64,000 nucleotides of DNA from Azolla caroliniana (Eukaryota; Plantae; Polypodiophyta), in NCBI GenBank assembly GCA_043228905.1, contig JBHGNT010000011.1, forward strand, positions 21,762,001 through 21,826,000, read 5' to 3'. Shown here in pieces: positions 50,117-64,000 of the stretch. The position numbers and the translations under genes were made by a program. The notes beneath the pieces were generated by a model. That model searched no databases, was not told the DNA's origin, and saw only the letters and a list, made by a program, of their open reading frames with translations. The stretch's first letter is position 1. Each line of letters starts with the position of its first letter.

Positions 50117-50149
<33 letters not shown>

Positions 50150-50271
50150 CATAAGACAATCAAAATGTATAAGCATTCTATAAACAGAGGTAGTAATGGC
50201 GCCAAATAGTAGAGTCCGCATCCAGTCTAGATATAACTGCCAGGTAATGTTGGTTGTTAGAAATGAAAAGA

Positions 50272-51999
50272 CTAGAGGAGGTGGTGATGGAGTAGGGAGG
50301 TAGGGGTGGAGTGATGGGGGAGGAAGGAGGAATTGGGGTGGTTGATCAAGGAAGAAGCAGGTGGGAGGGGAGGAGCAGAGGTGGGGTTGTTATTATCATT
50401 ATTATATGGAGTGGGAGGTGGAGGATAAAGGGGAGGGAGGGTGAGGGGATGATTATAATAATAATGAGGAGGAGGAGGAGGCTGAGGCTGAGTCTGAGGC
50501 TGAGGCTGCGACGAGAAATGGAGGTGCCGCCGTGATGATAATGATAATGATGATGATAATGATGATGATGATGATGATATTGATGATGATGATGATGGAG
50601 GAGGAGAAGGGTCTGAAGAAGAAGAAGAAGAAGAATCCGGAGATACGCGAGGAAGAGGAGGCCGAGGCCGAGGCCGAGAAGAGTGGGGGGTGGGCGGAGG
50701 AGGAGGAGGAGGAGGAGGAGAGGATGGAGGAGGAGAGCGGGAGGAATAAGTGGGCGTCGTAGGCAGGTGTCCGGGCCTGGCCGTGCCAATGGTAGTGCTA
50801 GCTATGGGCCCCACAGAGGATTCAGTTGTGGCAGCAGAAGCAGCATCCCTCTTCTTGCACTCAATTGTGCCCCTCTCTGTAGTATTGGTATTGCTATAAT
50901 TGGTATTCAAGGTATTGCTATTGGTATTGGTTGTAGTGGCGGGGGCGGGGGAGGTGATGTCGTGGATGCTGGATCTCCTCTTGTCCTTGTTGATGGCGGT
51001 GAGGCGTATGAAGTACTTCTGGGCGTGGCTCGCCACTTGCGTCGGCGTCCTCGACACCACGAAATTCCTCGAGATGCTCCTCCAGTCTCCCTTCCCAAAC
51101 TTATCCAACCCCAGCAAGAACAACCTAACAATAACATATCATCATCATCATCATTCATCATTACTCATCATATTTTCTTAGATCGGGCTCCCTCTCTGAC
51201 ATTAATCCCCTCCCAAACTCACAAATTTGCTTCATTCTTTCTTGTGACACACACACACACACACACAGAGAGTTTAAAATCTGAGAGATTTTCATTGAAC
51301 TCACCTATGCTCTTCCTCTGTCCATGGGATCCCTTTCTTCCGCTCCTGATCTGATGATACTTTGGACATGGACGATCCCATCAAATTTGCCTGCGGGACA
51401 CGACCATATGGCCGCCCCACAGGTCCATTCGACTTCACCATCTCATTCGTCTTTGCCATGAGTGGCGGCGGCAGAAGAGCAGGAGGGGCCGGATCATCAC
51501 CACCACCGCCACCACCATCGTCGTCGTCGTCGTCATCGTCATCTTTATACAGATCGTCCATTTCAGATTCATCCACAATGGTACTATCCTTAAAAGGGCC
51601 AGATTTTCCCACATCATGGCCGCCTGGATGATATCTGAATCTGCGATTTCCGTCATAGTGATCATAAGGGGGCGGCAAGATTAGTCCTGATTCGATGGAG
51701 GCCAAATCATGGAGGAGGAGATCGTAGTGCCGTTTGACTTGGGACACTGATTTCCCTGGAACCATACATGCGATTTGGTCAATTCCATTAGCCAATCCTA
51801 AGAGCAATGAAGAAGAAGAAGAAGAAGAAGAAAGATCAGGGGAATTGATGAGTAAGGTGTTAGCAAGGGCTTGCTCAAAGAGCTTATTCTCATGGAAGCT
51901 CCATGGAGTAGCATTAAAAGTGGAGTGAACAGTATGATGATGAGGATGCAGGTGGTGGCGATTGGGAGGAGGGGGAGGGGGAGGATCGGAAGCACTCAT
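50272..51999 (-). CDS. DIV: DIVARICATA-like MYB transcription factor (SANT/MYB plus SHAQKYF MYB; ~515 aa, 2 exons)
   Basis: Exons 51305-51999 and 50272-51124. [14 protein letters not shown]...[17 protein letters not shown]; [14 protein letters not shown]|[38 protein letters not shown]...RRSSIHDIT. Low-complexity P/S/H tail. Confidence 0.93.
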
Positions 52000-52256
52000 A
52001 TCTTCTTCTTCTTCTTCTTCTTCTTCTGTTATTTTCTTTCCTTTTTTTTGATGCAGGAAGTCAAGGAGGACTATTGATTTTAAGAAGAAGAAGAAGAAGA
52101 AAAAAGAAGAAGAAGAAGGAGAAGAAGAAGAAAGAGGGGGAAGGGAGAAGGCCGCCTTTTCCTCTCCGTCCAACGTGGAGATTCTCTAACCTTATCCGTT
52201 TCTCTCTCTTTTACACACACACATACGCGCGAGCGCACACACGCACACACGACAGC

Positions 52257-52287
<31 letters not shown>

Positions 52288-53089
52288 GCACATTTGAAAT
52301 GCCAATGCCAATGCCAATTCATAGAAATGAGAATCTCTCTCTCTCTCTCTCTCTCTCTACCAATCAGTCACTCTTCGATCAATCGGAAAGTGTGAAATGG
52401 AGATCCCGTCCCCCCTTGATCAATCACTCTTCGATAATCGATAAACTCGTTTTTTGCGGAAACCGAGCTGCTTGCTTAAGCTTTGCCTCACACGAGTCTC
52501 TATACCCTCGATCTAATTCCACTGCAATGACCTACCCCTTTATCCAGGCGGTTCGGCTTGCTTGTCAACACATCTCGAACTTCTTTTAAATATGCCCCAT
52601 AGATATGTGGTGAGGGATTCAAAACCATAGGCCATTGCTATAGCTCGAATGAAGGCATGTGCGATATAACTAATGTTCTACAACTCGAAGAAGTTGTTAT
52701 ATCATTGTGTCAAGGAGCGAAATTTTGCCACGCTCTAGAGTCCCACTGGATTTGGGAGGCTGATGCAAGCAACATGTAAGCATATTTCACATTTTAAATT
52801 CAACTAGTATGATTGGTAGTGACCATGTCATTGGGAGAATTTTGTTCAAAGCATCTTTAATATCCTCAACTAGACACATTCATTTTTCTTGTAAAGATTG
52901 CCTTGTAAGTATTATAATATGCAGAAGTTATTTGTCTTTTATGTATGAAGATACAACTATTGTCACAGTTCCAATGTTTTTCTATGTAACAAAGAGGATG
53001 CGATGAATTATAAAAAAGTGCAACTTACATTGACATCTCTTTCTACTTTATTAGGTTTACAAGTTCCAATTACGAGGACAAGTAGAAGA

Positions 53090-54100
53090 CATTAAATAGC
53101 CTGGAACAAATCATCAATGATATTGTCCATTTACTTTTAAAGGACATCATAACCGCTTGGGCAAGTTGTTTAACCGTTTATAGAGCCAGTGAACATCATG
53201 CGCGCTTCAATGTAATTATGTCAACACGTAAACAACTGTAAATGCTTTATTGCGAGCTCTCCACTTTCCCTTTCTATGATTGACACCCATATGATACCAC
53301 AAAATGTTTGCATATTTGTAGGATAGATGCATATCACCTAAACCATCTTCAATCCACTGTATACACACTAGGATCAATAAAATTTCATAGTGCATGATAT
53401 ATGCAACTGTATTATGCATTAGAAAGAGAACTCATTGAACATCTAACCTCTTGTATGGAAAATATGTTAGTAAATATGTTACACGATGTCTATAATGAAA
53501 TGTTGTCCATACATGACCGTTGATAATCAAAGAGCTTAGTTTCGAAACTACTTGCATAATGTTTATTGTCCTCAACAAATTATGAGTACTGTGGATTTTG
53601 ATATTGGATATTCCAAGAATGCGAGGAAACACAACTTCGATAATGACGTCCAAAAAATAAACTTCCATGGACCTTTGGTAATGATAATGCTTACATCATC
53701 CCATGGAAGCAAGCAATGTGGAAGCATCATGGACTGACCATACACATTGTAAGTGCAAATATAATCATCAACAAAATTACAAAGTTGATGTGTTCCACCA
53801 ATATTTCAGGGTAACCAACTGAAGATTTCTTCTGGACTCTATATGTGGATGACCCTTGATGAGCATTCTAAAAGTATATCAAGTTGTTGTGATCATTATA
53901 AACAATTATGTGGTGGGTAGAACTGTCCAAGGATGGACATCACTCCTCAAATGGACACACAATGGCCATAAGCTAATTGTCAAATCATATGTGGAGAATC
54001 AAACATATCAGTCTATGTGGACAAGTCACCACTATATGTCCCTCACCCCTACAATATGGAAGGGATAGTTTCCTCAATATTGTTGCTTTCCCTTACACAC
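53090..54100 (+). mobile_element. Possible highly degraded non-LTR (LINE) reverse transcriptase remnant
   Basis: Traces LVSKLLA (~53537) and TLYVDD (~53837) in the expected order; otherwise riddled with stops. Confidence 0.3.
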
Positions 54101-56508
54101 ATATATCCTTAATGTTGTGTTGCCTTGATCTCCATCAAAATGGGGTAATCCATAGAATGAGGTTGGGTACTTAAGCATGCCTTGAAGTTTTCTTCAATCT
54201 ATGGATTTGCATTAGTTGGCACTTAAAACACCCCTATTATAATTTATTGATTCATGACATTGCTCTATTAATAACTTATGTAAGTGACGTAGGATCTATC
54301 ATCTTAGCAAAGAGCAACAATCAAATGCTTCTTTTCATTGTGAAGCATGTTTCAGAATTTATCCATTAGTTCATCCTAAAGGATATCACATGCAAGTGTG
54401 AAAATTAAAAGGTTGTTCAAAAAATTGAACAAGAATATAAATTACGAGGCAATGTAAACACATTGTGCCTTGAGAGTAATGTGTTATTTTCAAATAACTA
54501 AAAGTATTTACTTGAGGGTTGACTATCATACAAGTATCAAAATCTTTTATGAACAAGTATCAGTATCTTTTCAAATTTCAATTGTATTATTACCACCATA
54601 GAATTGAAACTTTGTACGTTTATATTGCACAACAAATTTATAGAAGATGCATAAAACATGCCCTTATGTACATATACCATTTATATGTGGCCTTGAAACT
54701 TCCACGTCTAGATTACACAATATTAAAACACCATTTTTGTTCTAATCCACGTGCTGCAATGACATTATACATAATATTAGGACTACAACGTTGTTCTCGT
54801 TTTCGTCAACCTATCAATTACCATGATCATTACCATGTCCCAAAAAACCCGGAAGGCATTGAGGATCTAGAGGCTAGCTAACTTAACACAAGGTCATGGA
54901 AATGACACCAACAAAGCATATACATATGTATGGTCAAGAGTCGCCAAACACATAAGGTTCCAAAGTTTAATGTGTAAAGTGAAGATAGCAAGCTCAAGGA
55001 ATTAGGACTAGGAGTCATGAACTAAATTTAATGATGTTATCCAAATGGCTTTGGCCCTTATTTGACCTAAAGCTAGAAGTAGCCAAACTTCCCCTTAAAT
55101 CTTAGACACTTTCAAGGAAATTTGTCAATGTTAATTCAACATTACATTAGACTTTAGACAAATATCCGTTCTCATCCTTGTCATCATGAAAATTCATCTT
55201 ATTGATTTGTTCACATGTTATTAAACAAAGTGAGTTCAATATTGAAATAAAGGAATGGATATGTTAATAAATTTGTCGAAGATCTACTTATCATGATCAT
55301 GTTGAAGATGAAAAAAGTTTGTCAATCGTATAATTGTTTAAATTCACAATTTTGGTCACTATCAAAGTTGACCAATTGGGCAAAAATTTGTATGCCCCTT
55401 TCTACTTTCATTTTGCAAAACTGAACAAAAATTGACATTTATTATCAGCTATTTAGTGATCATTCTTAATCTTTTTCTTAAATACACACGTTGAATGATC
55501 CTCTACAGAATCATGATCATCTTCATTTGTTAGTGTTGCCTAAGGCAAACAATGCAATTGTTCTCAACCCTAAGGTTATTAAATCTCAACTATAAACTAT
55601 ATTTTAATGAGAAACCATTCTTTCTTTTTTTTAGTAACACTTTTATTACTAGTGGAAAACCTCAAAGTGAGGTGAAAAGCCACAAAGAATAAAGAAAAAT
55701 ATACAAGCATCAATTAGACACTAAAGAGCTTAAAAGCACTCAAAAGTAAAGGTTGTAAATTTGGAGTGTAATGTCTCTAAGTTGCAAACAATCAAATAGA
55801 AATTGCCTAATGAGAAACCATTCATTTGCAAACTTTGAGGTAAGATGAAACAATGAAGGTAACACTTAGGAACACCTAGACTATATCCTGACAAATAATT
55901 TCATTATTATGACAGTGATAACCTTCTCAATTTAAGCTTGATGCTTATCATTCATCTCAAATGGTCATATTGCCTGTTGCTAAAATGTATAATTTAAATA
56001 ATAACCTTTTAGCTACTATTGGTTTTATCAGTGGTAGTTTTGACATTATAATTTATGACAGAACTACTCTTAAAAAATATTAGTCTACTTCTTGCGTCTT
56101 AAACACATAAAGATATCCTTTATTGTGTTCATATATGTGGGTATTTTTTGGAACTGAGGTTTGCAGAGGCCATTAGGTTTAATTCGATTCATTTTGTCTC
56201 TTTGGACTGAGGTTTGCCATTGGAAAAAAACAAACCAATTGTAACCTTTTTTGAATTCATGTTTCAAGATTAAAAACTACATGATTGGATATAAAACCAG
56301 TATCAATTAACAAAAGATATATAACTGAACTTTGTCTCTTGAGGATATGTATAAAAGAAAAAGACCTTTATTCCATCGAAACTAAATAGGGGGGCCACAA
56401 CCAAAACTATATAATATCACACAAATCATAGAAAACTTTGCACCTGAAAGCATTTCATTCAACAGATTGGATCAACCAAATAACATCTCTATTTCTCTGT
56501 TTCTCTGG

Positions 56509-59500
56509 CTACACTATGTTGCATTCATTTGAACAAATGAATTGAAACACCTTTTTGCTGACCACGCCAGTGATCTCCTTGTTTTGATTTCTGATGGGAA
56601 TGCCTTTGAGAAGGTTCTCCTGGGCTTTTTCATCTCCTTTCTACATCACATGACAGGCAGTTAGAATCACAGTTGAGCTTGAGAATGGACATTCATAAAC
56701 TGATTGTGGAAAAAAAGGCATACAAGTTTGGAGTATGCTGACATGAGTGACAAGGGAGTAGGATATCTGTCTAGAATTGACTGTGCAATGCTCTCCGTTA
56801 CTTGCTTTACCTACAATCATTGCACTATTATGAAATTATTCACTGAATTGAAATCATCGTTTCTCTTTTATCATAGCAATTGTACAATTTATCATCAATG
56901 AAAGCATACCTGCATCAGCATCACACCGAACACATCACGCACTCTCTCTTTCTCAAGAGCTTTGCAATCATCTACAAATTGCCTGTATGTCTTGCACAGA
57001 CTTTGCCTTTGTTTGTCTCTACTTAGTTCATCATACAAACCATAAATTGCATGTGTGAGATGACCATACAATCTCATGGTATCACGTACATTGGATGTTC
57101 TTTGTACATCAAAACCTTCTGCAATTTCAGTAGTGAAACACCTGCCTCCCACAAAAGCAGAAACTTCTTTAGAATCCTCACACCACCAGAAAGACATAAA
57201 GGCAAATGAACATTTAACATACGCAGTCTTTATACTTTCAGCAGAATCCATTACGTTGGGATCTCCTTCAACCACGTAAATCAATTTCTGTAAACCACTC
57301 CTCTGCAACAAATGATGTTTATAATCATCCATCATGCTCTTCATAATAATACACAAAGTCAATGACAAACAATTAAAAAATTTGCATACAAACCTTCCAT
57401 CTTTGCTTGATTAAATTCTAGATGACATTTCACCATTACTTTATATAGTCCTGTGTTTTGTGAGCATTAACACTACATGGTAGTTTAGATGCTAAACATA
57501 CTGAATAATAATCATGGAACATTTGCTGCCTCTTGCAATAATCAATTCATATTCAATTTAACATTATAGGACATGCCAGACAGTTGTGTTCATTCAGTAA
57601 TTTAATAATGAATCCTGCAGAGACTTGAGAACATACCAGCAGACGAAGTTTCTGTTGTTTGTATCGTGTATCCTTAATGGAGCTCAACAAGTCACCTACT
57701 TTCTTTCTTTCTATAATAAAATCAAGGACGTACTCTTCACCGCTTACTTTATGCCTTGCAATCCAGAGTGTATCACCAATTGGAAGGTGCCTTACCTGTT
57801 GAATGAGGAACTAATACCTGATATTCTGTATAATTCAACTGAAAAATAATCCATATAACAGTATTTCAACAGCATGAAGAGTTACCTCAACTTCAATTTT
57901 GAATTGACATTGCAACTGATCAGCAAACTTGTCACGAGCATTTCTACAAGAAAACAGAAGATTTTTTTTGTTTTTCATATAAAAATATTATACAATATTT
58001 TGTACAATACAAAAATTAGAAAGTTGCAAAGCACAAGATCACATGGACAGGGAAACAAAGAAGCCAGCAACAAATTAACTACAGTGCATCTCTACAACAG
58101 ATAAAGACAAAAATACAGAGAGAACCAAACCCTCGACCTTAATATTCATCGAAGATCTTCTCTAGAAAGGGAATTTCTGAATATATGCTAAGGCATTAGA
58201 ATATTCTCTTCCTGCTGTACATTATCCATGTTGGGTTATTTAGTTTCCAGCTGCATGGCCTCCTGATGTAATCGAGAGAGCACTGAATCTCTGCTTTCTT
58301 GAGACTCGTATGCTCCATATGATTGCCAGAATCACCAACCAAAGAATCTAAAATATGTTTTGCTTTTCGCATTACAATCATTGCCCAAATAATCAATGCA
58401 ACCTTAATCCTGTATTTTATGTGAGCAGAAATCTTGGCCAACTGCTTCTTGTGACCTGTGTGCTCCATATGATTGCCAGAATCACCAACCAAAGAATCTA
58501 AAATAAGTTTTGTTTTTCGCCTTACAATCATTGCCCAATAAATCAATGCAACCTTAATCCTGTATGTGATCAGAAATCTTGGCCAACTGCTTATTGATCA
58601 TTTTTCTCTAGGATAATTCTGTATGGAATGACTGTTGAATTAATTATACCTTATTTTATATGTATTGGCACTAGCTCATGACTACATTTTTGAAAGTTTC
58701 CTACCATTTCCTAATTTGGAAAGAAGGAAACACATTTATTCATTTTCTCAAGGGACTTGAGATTGTTGGATGCCATAATATCCACAGAAATACACGAGAA
58801 TTTACTTTACCTTGGAACGCTGAAATTCATTGAACCCAGTAGTATCACTCCCTTAAGAACCACCCGCCAAGAGTGAATCACTCCCTGATATACACGTATC
58901 GAATGTCTGTCCTTAGTAAACCACAAGGGTGGTTGTACATTTTCTTGGTTCTTTATGGGAGCCTGTTTTATAATAAAAGCATCTTTTCACAGGAAATAAC
59001 GGGAGAGAAGTGCAAGGACATCCGTCATGTAAAAATTCTTTTAAATCTACTGCTAAGATGGCATTCCATGTGTCAGACCAGCCTCAACTCTATCCCAGAA
59101 CCTTATCAAGAGAAGTTAATATCAAGACATTAGAAGATATCAAGATTCTATATTAAGACCATTTCAAGAATTTGTTTCATGAGCCCCACATTATAGAACA
59201 AGCTACACAATTGTTTGAAGCATTGTAATATTAAATCTATAATCTTACCCTTTACTTCCATTCATGAATTGTTCCCGATCATCAAGGAGTAATATCACAG
59301 CATATACATCAACGAACTGTTCGCCCTCCAATAGAGGTGGCATCCTTAATCCACCCAATTTTGACTCATTATCCACTACATCAATATTTGAAGTTTTTCT
59401 AAAAACTTCTGTCTGCTTTTTAAACCAAAAGATCGAGTTAAGGATCAAAAGAAACAAAATAAAATATATAAAAAAAACACGCTAACAGACAAAAACCTGC

Positions 59501-62327
59501 AAATGTTGTTCTTCATGGCATGTGAAACTATCAACCTTTACTTCATCTTCACTGTCAGATGAAAGGTCAGCTACAACCTCAGTGTGGAGGGATCTGTTGG
59601 AATGAGAGATGTTTTTGCTGGCATGAAAGATCACGTTTGGTGGGTTTGAACTGGAAGATATGGGATGAGAAGCTTTCAAGTGGATATCTGCTGCAGCAGA
59701 CGATACTGAAGCTGAGCACTTCTTAAGCCGCTCACCAGAAAATGATTTTGCAACAAACTCCATGTTTAATCCTGACCTCTGTATACACTCTTCGGCAATA
59801 GACATGCCTTCTTCAGACAACTTATATCTGAAATAATTATGACATCATAGATTTGAGCATAAAAGGTGACAAAGACATCAAAGAGGTTTAAAAAGCCATA
59901 ACCTTTACCCTTACTTTGCAGGACAGCTGGACCTTACGACTAAGCCCTTGGTGACAAGTGTCTTCATTGAGCTCCATCCTGAGTACCAATCTTTTGTTGA
60001 GGACCCAAATTGACCCGACATTCCAGAAGACTTGTTTGTCCTATAAATATGGAACACATATTAATTTATTAGAAAGGAAATGCCATATCGAACCCCTCAC
60101 CATTAATTATTCAAACGTCTCTTCTTTAGAAAGATCTGTAGGTAAGAATAAAGACTTACTGAATTGGCATGCGAGAAAGACCACTGGCATCTGCAGCATC
60201 GATGAGCTCTTGCTTTTTCATGTATTCCCTGCCTTCCTGCATTGCTCTGACCCACCATATACAGTTTTAGAGATTTTCCAACTGTGGAAAAAGTGTCCAC
60301 TTTCTTTCATGTTTCTCTACATTGTTCAACATTGTAAGCTCCACATGACTAGAAAGGTATTTGCACCCTATCCTACAGAAGTTCATAAGGTTTTTGTTCG
60401 AATCCACAATGTGGAATAACAGAGGAATAAGGTCTCAAGACTTCTCGTGCAGAATGATGCTTGACATATAGGAAAGTGAATAGATGGACAAAGAACCTGA
60501 TCCTCCCGATCATCTCAGAGCTATGATCAAGACATAGCCAACCTACCATCAGCATCCCATATCGACAGATATCAAGATGACTAGTACCTTGGAAGAGGTA
60601 ATACAATTATCACAAAGAAAGCCTAGCCCGCATCACTGATGTCTCCAAACTTCAGCCTTCCACGTAATGTGTTTTATGAGGGAAACTAAGCCTCATACTT
60701 GTACTTATGTTTTGTTAATATTAGTGACAGAAGATGTATTCTTGTCCATATTGCTACTATTCTTAATGATCATATACTTCGGCCTGAAAGGAGCCCATTT
60801 GGCTACGAATCCAAGATCTTGCAGCAAAAACCTCAATTATCACAAGATTCTAAGGGAAGGACAGCACTTTTGGCTCCAAACCAGGGTTTTCTTATCGCAA
60901 ACAGCCTCAATGACCAGATACTTCAGTTTCAGTTTGAACTCAAAAAGAAAAAAACTCAAATGATCACACTTGGGCCAGCGAGAGGGAAATTTAGCCATAA
61001 ACAACCTCGGTATTCATATTCACACAAGAATCAAATTCCACAGGGAAACCAAGAGATCTTATGAAAGCCAACTCCTTAACAAGAGATATCAGAAGCAAGA
61101 TGAGACTGCTTACTTGTGTAAAGTCAAGAGAATCGCATATGGAGCCGAGCTTTTCTGAGGGACATACCGTCGCTGCTTTACCTTTTCCTCTACAAAGATA
61201 TAAAAACCAAAAGAATTACAGAAAACAAAAGATATCATGTAGAAAAACCAAAAGAGCTACAGCAAACAAAAGATATCAAGTAGAAAAACCAAAAGAATCA
61301 CAGAATATATATATATATATATATCAAGTAGAAAAGAAAATGAATTAGACAAAGGAGAAAGGAGAAAGAAGAAAGGATTTATTCCTTGTTGGGTAGCCTA
61401 GTGGTTAATGAATCAAATTCAATCTTTCACTGCTCAACAACCCACAAAGCACTCTGAGGACGCCAAATTTGTGGTGTGCTCAGGTGGATGGACGTGCACA
61501 GGAAGGAGAAACGATTTTCTGCTCACCTCTAGCCAAGGGGTACCATAAGGATTGGGGCTCCATACCAACAATCCACTAAAAGTGACAGTTAATGTGTGCT
61601 GGGGTATGCACAAAGATGAACATAAGAGGGCTTGCCTTTCTAGCAACAACAACGCACTAAATAATCAGCTGTGACTTTCAACACTAATAGAGTTCCTTCA
61701 AAGAGTTGAGGTTTTTACATCAACAATCAAGTGTGTTTCAATCAATGCTGTGAGATCTAAAGCTCACCACATCATAAAAAAGACAAGGGATGCTTCATGT
61801 GTTGGTGTGCATATGTACATGGTGTTGAATATCTACCAACAATCAAATTCTTGACTAAGATTTTCTGGAACTCAATCGTATACATTTGAAAGTTGAGGTT
61901 GGATAAAACTTGATTGGTATGTTACAATGCTTGAATTTCAATTCTCATGTATTACAAGAAAGGAAAAATGAAACTGGAACAATAAAGAAGACGTGAGGAA
62001 ACAAGAGAAGAGAACGGGAAGCATCTGTGTCATTTTCTCGAACTTACCTTTTTGTTGATCGTGAACTTCTGCTCCTTCTGCAGATTCATCAGAGAAGAAA
62101 TCTTTCAGAAGCTTAAGCATCCATTGACCAATCCCATTGACTTGAGAAGCTTCTCTGAGGTTACAGATAGGGTTCTTGCTATCACACACATTCCTGTAGG
62201 CCTTTGTGAGCGTAGCATCCAACTTCTCTCTGTACCCTTCCTTTTTTGCCACGAGCTCTTCACGCTTCTGCAGGATGTAGAGAGCAAGAGGTTCGTTCTG
62301 TGAGCATGCCACATGAAAAGAATTCAT
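56509..62327 (-). CDS. MUS81: Crossover junction endonuclease MUS81 (~603 aa, 12 exons)
   Basis: Exons 62048-62327, 61114-61189, 60160-60246, 59915-60040, 59497-59827, 59249-59412, 57886-57943, 57637-57795, 57223-57302, 56910-57141, 56724-56810, 56509-56640, all in phase. N-terminal HhH; winged helix (YMKKQELIDAA, WYSGWSSMKTL); ERCC4 core LLDDRE...LPIGD...ERKKVGD...RYKQQKLRL...YVVEGD; C-terminal HhH. Confidence 0.93.
58311..58592. repeat. ~150-bp tandem duplication in MUS81 intron 6
   Basis: Units start TGCTCCATATGATTGCCAGAATC at 58311 and 58461. Confidence 0.85.
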
Positions 62328-62359
62328 CTCCGCGTTTCTAATAGATTAAGAATTGAATC

Positions 62360-63560
62360 TCCATTCGAGAAAAACCATTGGCAGCTGCAGCATCGATAAT
62401 GCTCTTGCTATTTCATGTACTCCCTCCTGCCTTCCAGCATTGTTCTACTGCAACATGAACATTTTAGAGATTTTCCAATGTGGGAAAATTGTCTGGTTTC
62501 TCTCATGTTTCCCTACATTGTTCAACATTGTAAGCTGCTCTTGAGGATTTCCAGGAGTCTCTGCATAGCTAGCCCAGCCTCGCCTACAGAAGTTCATAAG
62601 ACATTTGTCAAAATCGGCAATGTGGAATAATAGTGGAACGATGTCTCAAGACTTCTTGTGCAGAGTGCTACATGACTTATAATGATTGAAAACTTCATAA
62701 TAGTGGAACAATGTCTCAAGGTTTCGTGTGCAGAGTGTTACATAACTTATAACAATAGAAAACTTAATAGTAGTGGAACAATGTCTCAAGACTTCATGTG
62801 CAGAATGCTACATGACTTATAACGATAGAAAACTTAATCATAGTGGAACAATGTCTCAAGACTTCATCTGCAGAATGCTACATGACTTATAACAATAGGA
62901 AACTTAATAATAGTGGAGCAATGTCTCAAGACTTCGTGTGCAGAATGCTACAAGAGTTATAACGATAGAAAATTTGTATAGAGGTCTTTGGAAAGTTCAT
63001 AGTATTGCTCGAGTATCTTGAACGACTACACAATTTGAATAGGAGTGCAATCATAATGGGAAGATGTCTTCTTGTGCGTATTGCTACTTCACTTACAGCA
63101 GAAACGTTCTTAAAGTTCATTGTATTCTCGAGGGCCACATACTTCAACAGGAAGGGAGCACATTCCACTCCAAATCCAAAATCTTACCAGAAACCACCTC
63201 AATCATCAGATTACCAGCATTTTTTGCTCCAAATCCCGGTTTAATTATCACAGACAATCTCGATGATCAGATATTTCACCAACATTGAGCGCTTTAGACA
63301 AGTGGACAAAACCATATGACAAAACAAATTCAATGAATAGACAGTGATCAAATACAGGAAAGAAAGAATGACTTTCCACTGGGAAACCAAGATCTTGTGA
63401 AAGCCAACTTAATAAAAAAAGAGACAGATGATGCAAGATAAGAGGTCGCCTACTTGTGTAAAATCGAGAGGATCAAATATGGAGCTGAAGTCTTCTTCTG
63501 AGGTAGCTTTTCTCCGCCGACGCGACGCCTTCCCTTTTCCTCCTCCACAAAAGATATGAG
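62360..63560 (-). pseudogene. Diverged partial duplicate of MUS81 (exon 2, intron 2, exon 3) upstream of the start codon
   Basis: 63454-63545 encodes LPQKKTSAPYLILSILHK (exon 2 has VPQKSSAPYAILLTLHK). 62360-62444 is an exon 3 copy with a TAG and a frameshift. Much of the intron aligns with 60250-61110. Confidence 0.85.
62631..62972. repeat. 70-bp tandem repeat (~5 copies)
   Basis: Units start TAGTGGA at 62631, 62701, 62771, 62841 and 62911. Confidence 0.92.
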
Positions 63561-63682
63561 AAAAGCAGAAAAAAATGCCGGAAACGGAAAGCACTGAGTG
63601 GAAAAAGAGAAGGGAAGGGAAAGAAGGGAGGGAAGGGGGGGTTTAAATGGCAGATCCATTCATCCATCCCCATAAATACATA

Positions 63683-63714
<32 letters not shown>

Positions 63715-64000
63715 CAATACATACGACAAAAATGGGTTCCTCTTCTCTGTCTTCTTGTCCACCAACAAAGACCGCATCCCATTCACTACCTCAATTCCAA
63801 TGCTTTGCTTTGCTTGGTTGCTTGCATGGTGTTTGTGGCCAAGGTTTTCCCTTTGGTGTTGGCTCCGAGAACATGACACAACTGTCTACCTACCCGACTT
63901 TCAATGTGGTGGCAACATTATGTTTTCGACCAAAGACATGACATATGTATGTGAAAGAAGTAAAAGGTTCACCAGGAGCTTCCACCTTCAACAAAAAGGG

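Noticed and set aside
50311-51354. Poly-M/E/R/H ORFs overlapping the MYB gene
   Set aside because: Alternative-frame readings of trinucleotide repeats in the MYB tail.
52000-52173. N-terminal extension of the MYB ORF from 52173
   Set aside because: Starts at TTG and consists of microsatellite-derived leader; the ATG at 51999 is the plausible start.
58196-58600. ORF with LVGD...LDYI suggesting MUS81 catalytic exons had decayed
   Set aside because: Intact in-phase ERCC4 exons were found at 57886-57943 and 57637-57795; this stretch is an intronic tandem duplication.

Overview
Eukaryotic land-plant nuclear DNA. The retroelement lineages suggest a non-seed plant, plausibly a fern; this is inference. 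The first ~34.4 kb is transposon DNA. It opens with a minus-strand Ty3/gypsy chromovirus-like remnant (1-2148) carrying a hAT-type MITE and a -1 frameshift signal. A Ty1/copia element follows (4431-34396), whose 3' LTR is split by a ~25-kb multi-level nest. The nest holds CpG-rich Ty3/gypsy elements (tRNA-Trp PBS, FLDD reverse transcriptase, 4-bp TSDs), solo LTRs and a second copia. Every resolvable gypsy junction in the nest sits at an NCGN target. The nest also contains a ~1.9-kb fold-back palindrome and an LTR fused directly to the middle of RT. The remaining ~30 kb carries four intron-containing genes with exons read from splice sites and phase: a SEC14/CRAL-TRIO protein (+), an alpha-amylase with a transit-peptide-like N-terminus and a candidate ~155-aa extra C-terminal region (-), a DIVARICATA-like MYB (-), and MUS81 (-). 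A partial internal duplicate of MUS81 lies upstream of its start and could supply a new in-frame first exon.
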